A stretch of 64,000 nt of DNA, from the NCBI GenBank assembly GCA_902591755.1, contig CACJBX010000005.1, positions 18,114 to 82,113 on the forward strand. Direction: 5' to 3'. The DNA is from an uncultured Pelagibacteraceae bacterium (GTDB taxonomy: Bacteria > Pseudomonadota > Alphaproteobacteria > Pelagibacterales > Pelagibacteraceae). Below, piece by piece: positions 8,905 to 16,976 of the stretch (positions are counted from its first letter, which is position 1; every line of letters begins with the position of its first letter). The notes under the pieces are model-generated. The model had not been told where the DNA came from, ran no database searches, and saw only the letters and a list, made by a program, of their open reading frames with translations. The position numbers and the translations under genes are program-made.

Positions 8905-10350
8905 TTAAGTCCCACAATACGTTTGATATTTTTCCTCACTTTTAGGTGGTGGAGACTGATATTTAGTTAAAACCTTTTGATTTGTGTATGGATTTTTCAG
9001 AGCTTGAAGCAAATCATTGAATGGTGTCATATCATTATTTTCAGCTGATTTTAAAACATTTTCAACGTTATGATTTCGAGGAATTATTACAGGATTATTA
9101 AGTTTCATTAACTTTTTGCTATCTTTAGTTAATCTTTTCTGCCATTTTATTTTCCAATTATCAAATTGTTCATTTTGATAATCTTTTTTATCATCTATTT
9201 CATTGTCCATTAAAATTAAAAAAGTGTTTGTGTAGTCTAATTCTTGCTTTTTCATAATCTCTAATAATTCAAATATAAGTAAATTATCTTCATTATAATC
9301 ACCAATTAGACCTAACTTACTTTTCATCATATTTAACCATTTTTTCTCATAAATTTTATCGAATTTATCTATAAGTTCCGTTGCTATTTTAAGAGCATCA
9401 TCTTTTTTTGGATTAATTAAAGTTAATAAACATTCAGCAAATCTAGCTAAATTCCATTTTGTTATAGCTGGTTGGTTTCCATATGCGTATCTTCCCATAT
9501 GATCAATAGAACTAAAACAAGTACCTAGATTATAACTATTCATAAAAGCACACGGACCATAATCTATTGTTTCACCTGAAATCGCCATGTTATCAGTATT
9601 CATTACTCCGTGAATAAATCCTACACGCATCCAGTTCACCACTAATTCAATCTGTTTATCAATTAATTTACTGAGTAAGTCGTAAGCATTATTTTTTGAT
9701 TTTGCTATCTCAGGATAGTGTCTTTTAATTGTATAGTCTACTAAAGCATTAAGCTCATCTAAGTTTTCTCTTGTTCTAATAAATTGAAAAGTTCCAACTC
9801 TAATATGACTTGAAGCAACCCTTGTTAATATTGCACCCTGCAATGGTTTTTCTCTAATCACATTTTCTCCAGTTTTCACAACTGCTAAACTTTTAGTCGT
9901 CGGTATGTTTAATGAGTGCATAGCTTCACTAATTAAATATTCTCTTAACATTGGACCTAATGCTGCTCTTCCATCTCCGTTTCTTGAAAAAGGTGTTTGA
10001 CCCGAACCCTTAAACTGAACATCAAGTCTTTGATTACTTTTAGATATATGTTCGCCTAGCAAAACTGCACGACCATCACCCAACATTGTAAAATGACCAA
10101 ACTGATGACCTGCATACGCTTGCGCTAAAGATTTAGATCCCTTTGGGAGCAAATTTCCAGAAAACATTTTTGCTAGCTGCTCATTATCTACATTAGAAAA
10201 ATTCAAACCCATTTGATCAGCTAGATCATGATTAAAAATTACTAACTCTGGACGTTTTACTGGAACAGGAGAGATCTCATAAATAAAAGATTTTGGTAAA
10301 TTTGAATATGAGTTATCAAAATTCCATCCAATTGTTTTTTCTTTATTCAT
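8905..10350 (-). CDS. selO: Protein adenylyltransferase SelO (YdiU/UPF0061)
   Basis: AQAYAGHQFG, LGDGRA, KGSGQTPFSRNGDGRA, GFIHGVMNTDN, IDYGP motifs; C-terminal YCGT. ATG at 10350 or 10353. Confidence 0.95.
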   Translation of the reverse strand: MNKEKTIGWNFDNSYSNLPKSFIYEISPVPVKRPELVIFNHDLADQMGLNFSNVDNEQLAKMFSGNLLPKGSKSLAQAYAGHQFGHFTMLGDGRAVLLGEHISKSNQRLDVQFKGSGQTPFSRNGDGRAALGPMLREYLISEAMHSLNIPTTKSLAVVKTGENVIREKPLQGAILTRVASSHIRVGTFQFIRTRENLDELNALVDYTIKRHYPEIAKSKNNAYDLLSKLIDKQIELVVNWMRVGFIHGVMNTDNMAISGETIDYGPCAFMNSYNLGTCFSSIDHMGRYAYGNQPAITKWNLARFAECLLTLINPKKDDALKIATELIDKFDKIYEKKWLNMMKSKLGLIGDYNEDNLLIFELLEIMKKQELDYTNTFLILMDNEIDDKKDYQNEQFDNWKIKWQKRLTKDSKKLMKLNNPVIIPRNHNVENVLKSAENNDMTPFNDLLQALKNPYTNQKVLTKYQSPPPKSEEKYQTYCGT

Positions 10351-10522
10351 CATTTCCAATTTTCTTTACATACAAACCTAAAACTCCATTAAAGATTGAA
10401 ACAGCAATTATAATTGATTGACCCTTAAAAGAGTAAAAATCAAAAGTTGGATAAAAACCTATAGCAACACTTAAGAAAAGATAGGTTAAAATAAAAGGTC
10501 TTAAAAATTTCTTTATTCTCAA
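10343..10522 (-). CDS. Small (59 aa) putative two-helix membrane protein, below the ORF-track cut-off
   Basis: Hand translation from TTG: MRIKKFLRPFILTYLFLSVAIGFYPTFDFYSFKGQSIIIAVSIFNGVLGLYVKKIGNDE*. Starts 2 nt after the fdh stop; its stop overlaps the selO ATG. Confidence 0.6.
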   Translation of the reverse strand: MRIKKFLRPFILTYLFLSVAIGFYPTFDFYSFKGQSIIIAVSIFNGVLGLYVKKIGNDE

Positions 10523-10524
10523 TT

Positions 10525-11724
10525 TTATTTTTTCTTATATTTTGCGGCCTCCTCAGAACCACTTGTTGCTGAACCTTTACTGTAAGAATGTGCACCCATC
10601 CCCGCCAATTGTCCATCTTTTACAATAAGATATTGATCTCTAATTGGTTTTTTATCGAAGAAGCATTCTAATATTTCTCTTACACCATCTGCATATCTTG
10701 CTTGAGCTGATAAGGACGTTCCAGATGTATGTGGTGTCATTCCGTGATTAGGCATTGACCTCCATACGTGTTCGTTGGGAGCGGGTTGCGGGAACCACAC
10801 ATCTCCAGCATATCCACTTAACTGACCAGATTTTAGCGCATCTGCTATATCGTTTTTGTTACAAATTTTTCCTCTGGCGGTATTTACGATATATGCCCCC
10901 TTTTTCATTTTACTAATCATTTTTTTATCAAATAAGTTTTCAGTTTCAGGGTGTAATGGACAGTTAATAGTGACTACGTCACAAACTTTTACCATTGACT
11001 CAACAGATTCATGAAACGTTAGATTTAATTCTTTTTCTACACTGTCAGGTAATTTGTGTCTGTCAAAGTAGTGCAAATGTACATCAAAAGGTTTCATTTT
11101 CCTTAAGGCATCAAGACCAATTCTTCCTGCAGCAACTGTTCCAATATGCATTCCTTCAACGTCATAACTTCTGTGAACAGCATCAGCTATATTCCATCCA
11201 CCTTCATTAACAATTCTATGTTGATTATGATAATCTCTAACCATTGAGACAATCATCATAACAATATGTTCTGCAACTGATCTTGAATTACAAAATGTAA
11301 CTTCAACAACATCAATTTTATTATCCATTGCTGCTTGTAAGTCTACGTGATCAGATCCTATACCAGCGGTAATTGCCATTTTTAAGTTTTTTGCTTTTGC
11401 TATTCTCTCTTTAGTTAAGTAATACGGAAAAAATGGTTGAGAAATTACGATGTCTGCATCAACAATATGTTTGTCTGCTTCACATCCATCACCATCTTTA
11501 CTATTAGTAACAATAAATTCATGACCATTACTCTCTAAAAATTTTCTAAGTCCTAATTCTCCTGATACACATCCTAGTAATTGACCTGGTGTAAAATCTC
11601 TTCCTTTAGGAGAAGGTAATGTCATTCCATCAGGATATTTTTCAAGTTTTGGTAAACCGCTCAAAGGATAAGATTTTGGCATTCCACCTTTTGGATCGTC
11701 ATATAAAACGCATAATATTTTCAT
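10525..11724 (-). CDS. fdh: NAD-dependent, metal-independent formate dehydrogenase (D-2-hydroxyacid dehydrogenase superfamily)
   Basis: KILCVLYDDP N-terminus, TAGIGSDHVDL, AAGRIG, YFDRH, NTARG, GDVWFPQPAP and PHTSG motifs; AGGAG RBS upstream. Confidence 0.95.
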   Translation of the reverse strand: MKILCVLYDDPKGGMPKSYPLSGLPKLEKYPDGMTLPSPKGRDFTPGQLLGCVSGELGLRKFLESNGHEFIVTNSKDGDGCEADKHIVDADIVISQPFFPYYLTKERIAKAKNLKMAITAGIGSDHVDLQAAMDNKIDVVEVTFCNSRSVAEHIVMMIVSMVRDYHNQHRIVNEGGWNIADAVHRSYDVEGMHIGTVAAGRIGLDALRKMKPFDVHLHYFDRHKLPDSVEKELNLTFHESVESMVKVCDVVTINCPLHPETENLFDKKMISKMKKGAYIVNTARGKICNKNDIADALKSGQLSGYAGDVWFPQPAPNEHVWRSMPNHGMTPHTSGTSLSAQARYADGVREILECFFDKKPIRDQYLIVKDGQLAGMGAHSYSKGSATSGSEEAAKYKKK

Positions 11725-11741
11725 TTTTTTCTCCTATTAAT

Positions 11742-11770
11742 TTATAAAAGCAATTATCTTGAATTTATAA
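11742..11770. promoter_or_regulatory. Imperfect inverted repeat just upstream of the fdh RBS (operator or leader hairpin)
   Basis: TTATAAA-ag-CAA-ttatc-TTG-aa-TTTATAA. AT-rich, so chance occurrence is possible. Confidence 0.3.
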
Positions 11771-11816
11771 GGAATACTGTAGCACAATAATTAAGCGTCT
11801 AGCAAATAAATAGTGT

Positions 11817-12281
11817 TTATTTTGGATAGTTTTTTTTGAGTATAAATTTGTTTAATACAACCCCAAAAATTATAATAATCACAGAGCCGGTGATAACAGG
11901 GCTCAACAAGTAATCGAATGAGGCAGAACCTATAATTACAATTATCGGATTACCTCCTGCTGGCGGATGAGTAACGTTTAACAAAATCATAAAAAAAACT
12001 CCAAAACCAACTGCAATGGGAATTAAAATGTACTCTGGTAGAGGAATAAATGTTAAAGCAATTACCCCTACAGTTGCAGTTACTAGATGACCAAAAAAAA
12101 TATTTTTAGGATGTGCAAAAGGACTTTCTGGGTAACCATATAACAGCACCATCGTTGAGCCAAAAGATGCAACTAGAAATAGCCCGTAATCAGTTTTATA
12201 AGTCAACAAAGTTAATACACCGATCGTGATAGTAGAAAAAATACCAGCTGTGGCGTTATTGATAATTTTTTTAGTTTCCAT
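11817..12281 (-). CDS. HPP family membrane protein
   Basis: ASFGST, PESPFAHP, FFGH and THPPAGG motifs; about 4-5 TM helices. Confidence 0.92.
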   Translation of the reverse strand: METKKIINNATAGIFSTITIGVLTLLTYKTDYGLFLVASFGSTMVLLYGYPESPFAHPKNIFFGHLVTATVGVIALTFIPLPEYILIPIAVGFGVFFMILLNVTHPPAGGNPIIVIIGSASFDYLLSPVITGSVIIIIFGVVLNKFILKKNYPK

Positions 12282-12672
12282 TTGTTAAACCTTTTTTTAA
12301 AGCATTAAAGGGCAGGAGTATACATTCTTTCCTATTTATATTTTTTGAACTCAGTAATTCCTTATATTTTTTTAAGTTCTCTGATAAGTCACCTTTATTT
12401 TTAAAAAATTCATCGGCACAATCACAAACTTTAATCATTTCTTCAACTTTTTCCCCTTTTGAATTAATTGATAGTAAATTAGCAGAAGCCTGGCAGTAAA
12501 CACAATTTTTACCTTGATAAGAAACTCCAGAAATTTTTCCCTTATTTACTTTAAAAAATAAATGGATTTCATCTCCACACAAAGGATTTTTAGCTTTAGA
12601 GTTGTGGGTAAAATCTAACAATTTTTTTTGATATTTTGTATCAGAGGCTAATTTTAAAATTTTTAGATCCAT
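12271..12672 (-). CDS. SufU/IscU(NifU_N)-like protein
   Basis: KNPLCGDEI, GKNCVYCQASA and RKECILLP motifs. ATG 12672 preferred over the track start. Confidence 0.82.
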   Translation of the reverse strand: MDLKILKLASDTKYQKKLLDFTHNSKAKNPLCGDEIHLFFKVNKGKISGVSYQGKNCVYCQASANLLSINSKGEKVEEMIKVCDCADEFFKNKGDLSENLKKYKELLSSKNINRKECILLPFNALKKGLTNGN

Positions 12673-12723
12673 GTTAAGATTATATGAAATTGGCCTAAAT
12701 TTACTAGTTGATAAGTTAACCAA

Positions 12724-12782
12724 CTCAATTCGGACAAAAATTGTCTTAAATTTTTGTTGTTTAAAATTGAGAATAATAATAT
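12724..12782. promoter_or_regulatory. Nested inverted repeat overlapping a candidate sigma70 promoter of the DMT-amidinotransferase unit
   Basis: ACAAAAATT(12734-42)-N6-AATTTTTGT(12749-57) nested in CTCAATT(12724-30)...AATTGAG(12765-71); TTGTTG(12754)-17 nt-TAATAT(12777). Confidence 0.4.
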
Positions 12783-12791
12783 TAATCTGAA

Positions 12792-13697
12792 ATGCTAGAG
12801 CTTAAAAACGAAAAAGTAGCTATTCCTGTAGTACTGTTAGCCGGTATTTTATGGTCTTTTGGACCTTTAGTTGTAAGACATATTGACCAACCCGAATTAG
12901 TTCCATGGCAATATCTTTTAGGAAGAGGAGTTACAATTTTCTTAATACTTAATTTGTATTTATTCTTTGAAGAGGGATTTTCTTTTTATAAAAATTATAA
13001 AAAAGTTGGAATATCTGGATTAATTGGAAGCTGTGGTTTAGGTATTGCCATGATCACGTTTATTTGGTCAATTACAAACACTTCAGCTGCAATAACTTTA
13101 TTATGTTTAGCGGCTATGCCTTTTATTACCGCATTTTTAGGTTTTTTGTTCTTAAAGGAAAAAATTTCAACAAATGTTTGGATTGCAATAATTATTGCTG
13201 TGATTGGTATAATAATTATAGCATTTGGTAATACTAACAAAGGTTCAATTTTTGGTCTTTTGTTTGGAATTTTATCTGCATTAGGTTTTTCAGTTTTTTC
13301 TGTATCATTAAGATGGAGACCTGAAACTCCAAAATTTACAACAGTTGCGATTGCTGGATTGATTTGTGCAATAGTTTCAATAGTAATACTGGTTGAGACT
13401 GACAGTAGTTTAATTTCTTCAAGCCGAAACCAAGGCTTGTTTTCAGTTCACGGCACTTTAGTTTGTGTGGGATTAATTCTTTATTCATTAGGTTCTAAAA
13501 TGATACAAGCTGCTGAACTTACTCTGTTGTCGTTAACAGAGGTAATTGGTGGAATTTTTTGGGTTTGGTTACCAATATTAGGAATTAATGAAGTTCCTAC
13601 TAATAACACAATTATAGGCGGCTTTTTAATTTTTATCTCAATAATTTATTATAGTTTAATTATAAAAAACAATAGAAGATTTATTGCATTAAACTAA
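12792..13697 (+). CDS. DMT/EamA family transporter
   Basis: About 10 hydrophobic segments, two EamA-like halves (PFITAFLGFLFLKE; EVPT). Confidence 0.9.
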   Translation: MLELKNEKVAIPVVLLAGILWSFGPLVVRHIDQPELVPWQYLLGRGVTIFLILNLYLFFEEGFSFYKNYKKVGISGLIGSCGLGIAMITFIWSITNTSAAITLLCLAAMPFITAFLGFLFLKEKISTNVWIAIIIAVIGIIIIAFGNTNKGSIFGLLFGILSALGFSVFSVSLRWRPETPKFTTVAIAGLICAIVSIVILVETDSSLISSSRNQGLFSVHGTLVCVGLILYSLGSKMIQAAELTLLSLTEVIGGIFWVWLPILGINEVPTNNTIIGGFLIFISIIYYSLIIKNNRRFIALN

Positions 13698-14810
13698 ATG
13701 ACAAATAAAAAAATTGTTAATAGTTGGAATGAGTGGGATCCGCTTAAGCACGTGATTGTTGGAAGAGCAGACGGTTGTTGTATACCAGCACCTGAACCAG
13801 CTTTAGACGCAAAAGTTCCTGAGGACTCAGATATGAAAGGCCAACATGGTCCTCGAACTAAAGATACAGTTGATAAAGCTAATCAACTTTTAAACGATTT
13901 TGCCTCCATACTTGAAAAAAGAGGTATCAAAGTTGATAGACCTATACCTTTAAATCATAATCAAAAAGTTTCTACACCAGATTGGGAAGTTGAAAGTATG
14001 TTTGGTTGTATGCCTGCAAGAGATATAATTTTAACAGTTGGAAACGAAATGTTAGAAGCCACGATGAGTTATAGATGTAGATGGTTTGAATATTTAAATT
14101 ACAGACCTTTACTTAAAAAATATTTCGATCAAGATAAAAATATGAGACACGAGTCAGCTCCAAAACCTCGACTAACAGATGCAGATTATAGAAAGGATTA
14201 TTTGTCTGATAAAATTGATGTAAAAAAAAGACTGGAGTGGACTGAAAAAAAATTTTTTGTTACTACAGAAGAAGAACCATTATTTGATGCTGCGGATATA
14301 TTACGATTTGGTAAAGATTTAATAGTTCAACACGGTTTTACTACAAACTTAAGTGGAATTGATTGGTTAAGAAGACATTTCAAAAATCATAGGGTGCATG
14401 CTGTAAATTTTCCAGGAGATCCATATCCAATTCATATCGATGCAACTTTTACCCCTGTCACCGAAGGTATAATTATAAATAATCCTCAGAGAAAGCTACC
14501 AGTTTCACAACGGAAACTTTTTGAAGATAATGGATGGAAAATTTTAGACTCAGCTCAACCAGCTCATAATACCCCACCTCCATTATGCTATTCCTCAGTT
14601 TGGCTTTCAATGAATGTACTCGTTTTAGATCCAAAAACAGTTTGCGTAGAAAAAAGTGAAATTTACCAAGCTGATCAGTTAGACAAACTTGGTCTTGAAG
14701 TTGTCCCAGTAGAGATGAGAGATGCATATGCTTTTGGTGGTGGTCTTCATTGTTGTACTGCTGATGTATACAGGGAAGGGGACTTAAAAGATTATTTTCC
14801 TAAACAATAA
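13698..14810 (+). CDS. Amidinotransferase (L-arginine:glycine / inosamine-phosphate amidinotransferase family)
   Basis: NSWNEWDPLKHVIVG, MPARD, catalytic triad motifs FDAAD, HIDATF and GGGLHCCT, plus WLSMNVL. Confidence 0.9.
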   Translation: MTNKKIVNSWNEWDPLKHVIVGRADGCCIPAPEPALDAKVPEDSDMKGQHGPRTKDTVDKANQLLNDFASILEKRGIKVDRPIPLNHNQKVSTPDWEVESMFGCMPARDIILTVGNEMLEATMSYRCRWFEYLNYRPLLKKYFDQDKNMRHESAPKPRLTDADYRKDYLSDKIDVKKRLEWTEKKFFVTTEEEPLFDAADILRFGKDLIVQHGFTTNLSGIDWLRRHFKNHRVHAVNFPGDPYPIHIDATFTPVTEGIIINNPQRKLPVSQRKLFEDNGWKILDSAQPAHNTPPPLCYSSVWLSMNVLVLDPKTVCVEKSEIYQADQLDKLGLEVVPVEMRDAYAFGGGLHCCTADVYREGDLKDYFPKQ

Positions 14811-15545
14811 TTAATTTTTAGAAGAATTTTCGACATCAAGGGCCTCTAATTGTTGAGTAACCTCTTCATTATTGTTAGAAAAGTTCGTATCATTGCTTTT
14901 TCTATTACTTTCTCTCATTCTTAATCTTTCTTCTTTTAATTTTTCTTGTTCTTCTTTTGCTTTTTGTTCAAGATCAAATTTTTCTTCCCATTCTTTTAAT
15001 TTAAGCATCTCAAGATTTCTTTTCTCTTGTTCTTTTTCATCTCTTAATTTTTGTTCTCTTCTTTTTCGTCTTGTCTCTTTTAATTCTTTTTGTCTTTGTT
15101 CATCTTCTCTTACTTTTAAATCGATATCTTTACGATTTTGTTCTTCAGATCTAATTTGAAGCTCTTTCTCTCTCTTTTTTAGATCTGATTCTTTATTTTT
15201 TTGTTCTTCTCCTTTAAACTTTAAATTTAACTCTTTTTCTTTTAATGAATTTTCTTTAGTTTTTAATTCATTATCTTTTATTTCTAATTCTCTTTCTTTA
15301 AGCTTTAAATTTTCAAATTTAATCTGTAATTTTTCTTCTTGTTTCCTAAAATTATCTTCTTTAGCTCTTAATTCTTTTTTTTCTAAACTAAGTTTACTAA
15401 ATTCCTGTTTTTTTAAATCTTTTTCTAATTGTTGTTGTTTAACTTTTTGATTATGTTTGTATTCTTTTATCGCACTCGAAGTAAAACTTGCGAGCTTTGA
15501 AAACGCACCGTGTTCAATTTTTTTTCTTTTTTTTCTTTTAGGCAT
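14811..15545 (-). CDS. Hypothetical charged coiled-coil protein with heptad repeat array
   Basis: Fills the gap exactly; basic N-terminus, then K/E-rich helix. ATG at 15545 preferred over the track's start at 15569. Confidence 0.75.
   Translation of the reverse strand: MPKRKKRKKIEHGAFSKLASFTSSAIKEYKHNQKVKQQQLEKDLKKQEFSKLSLEKKELRAKEDNFRKQEEKLQIKFENLKLKERELEIKDNELKTKENSLKEKELNLKFKGEEQKNKESDLKKREKELQIRSEEQNRKDIDLKVREDEQRQKELKETRRKRREQKLRDEKEQEKRNLEMLKLKEWEEKFDLEQKAKEEQEKLKEERLRMRESNRKSNDTNFSNNNEEVTQQLEALDVENSSKN
15078..15392 (-). repeat. Degenerate 21-nt (7-aa) coding tandem repeat, about 15 units
   Basis: LSLEKKE|LRAKEDN|FRKQEEK|LQIKFEN|LKLKERE|LEIKDNE|LKTKENS|LKEKELN|LKFKGEE|QKNKESD|LKKREKE|LQIRSEE|QNRKDID|LKVREDE|QRQKELK. 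Confidence 0.75.
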
Positions 15546-15640
15546 TTTTTTTTGAACGTATTTAAGCAAATAAAATTAAATTCAACAAGATTAAATTTTC
15601 TTTATTGTTTAATTTGAGTTACAACTTTAAATAGAATTAA

Positions 15641-16918
15641 TTATTTGAGTTTTTCTGGCTCCTCAATGGGCTCCGTTGTAGGGTTTAACTCCATTCCAAC
15701 AGGAGTAATCGTCGTAGGAACAGCAACAAACTGAGAGTCAGGATTTTCCTCTGATGGTCTTATTTTCATTCTATAAACCGCAAAAACACCAATTAAACAG
15801 TGGAATATAATAAGAAATACAAAAAATCCATTATTACCGACTAAACCCATAAGCAAAGAGCATAAAAACGGTCCACTGATCGCTCCTAAACCAAAGGCAA
15901 ATTGCAAACCTGCTCCTGCAGCAACAAACTTATCTCTAGTTATAAAATCATTGGTGTGTGCAAGTATCAAAGAAAACATTGGTAAGCTACATATAGAAAA
16001 GGCTATTAAAAAAATATAAAACCAAAGCTTTGAAGACCCCAGACCATCTGGTAAGTACATTGTCCCAACTGAAAAGATTGCAAAAAAAGCAAATAATGCA
16101 GCTCCGAAAGTTGAATAAATAATAACTTTTCTTCTATCAAATTTATCTGAAATGTATCCCACAGGATATTGAGAGACAGCACCTGAAATTGCCAACATAA
16201 AAGTAACTAAAGATATATCAAATATACTAAAATTCATTGCAGCCGCATAAACTGCTAATAAGGTAAACAATGCTGATTGAATTGTTCCGTAAAGAACAGA
16301 GCTTACCATTCCAAGAGGTGATGATGAATATAATTCTTTTAAACTCATACTTTTAATTTTCTTAAAAGTAGGTGGTTTTCTTTTTGTCAATAGAATTGGT
16401 AAGAGCGCTAATGACATTAACACAGATATTAAAATGAAAGGCTGAAAATTCTCAGGACTACTAAAATTTAATAAAAACATTCCCGACCCCATAGATCCAT
16501 ATAAAATAATCATATAAATAGATAAAACTTTACCTCTATTTTTATTACTTGATCTATCGTTCAACCAGCTCTCAGCAATTGTATAGATTGAAACCATTGA
16601 GTATCCTGTAATTACTCTTAATAAAAACCAAGTTAAGGGATTTACAAAAACTGAGTGAACTAGTATTGCAAGTGAAGCTACAGATGCAAAAGCAGCAAAT
16701 ACTCTGATATGGCCAACACCTGATATAACTGAAGGAACAGTTCTCGCACCTATAAAGTAACCTACAAAATAGCCAGACATCATGAATCCAGTTGAGGCAA
16801 GGCTAAACTCTTCAATAACTGCTCTTACTCCTAATAAAGCATTTTGATAACCGTAGGCTAGCATAATCGCACCCATACCCAAAAATAATGCCCAAGAATT
16901 TTTAAATACTTTATTCAT
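15641..16918 (-). CDS. MFS transporter (YcaD-like)
   Basis: About 12 TM segments; GHIRVFAAFAS, ESWLN and GYISDKFDRR motifs. Confidence 0.9.
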   Translation of the reverse strand: MNKVFKNSWALFLGMGAIMLAYGYQNALLGVRAVIEEFSLASTGFMMSGYFVGYFIGARTVPSVISGVGHIRVFAAFASVASLAILVHSVFVNPLTWFLLRVITGYSMVSIYTIAESWLNDRSSNKNRGKVLSIYMIILYGSMGSGMFLLNFSSPENFQPFILISVLMSLALLPILLTKRKPPTFKKIKSMSLKELYSSSPLGMVSSVLYGTIQSALFTLLAVYAAAMNFSIFDISLVTFMLAISGAVSQYPVGYISDKFDRRKVIIYSTFGAALFAFFAIFSVGTMYLPDGLGSSKLWFYIFLIAFSICSLPMFSLILAHTNDFITRDKFVAAGAGLQFAFGLGAISGPFLCSLLMGLVGNNGFFVFLIIFHCLIGVFAVYRMKIRPSEENPDSQFVAVPTTITPVGMELNPTTEPIEEPEKLK

Positions 16919-16976
16919 AAACTGGCAGCTTATTATTTCCGATTTGAGACTAAATCAAGAAATTATTATGACAAAC

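Noticed and set aside
8905-8920. Possible selenocysteine at the SelO C-terminus
   Set aside because: The gene ends TGT-GGG-ACT-TAA (Cys-Gly-Thr-stop) with no in-frame UGA.
12673-12791. Known guanidine riboswitch upstream of the DMT-amidinotransferase pair
   Set aside because: No twin ACGR hairpins or ykkC-type conserved core is visible; only AT-rich inverted repeats, reported separately.
15078-15392. Periodic DNA as a CRISPR array or non-coding VNTR
   Set aside because: The units are degenerate, in frame and lack spacers, and there are no cas genes; the periodicity is explained by protein heptads.
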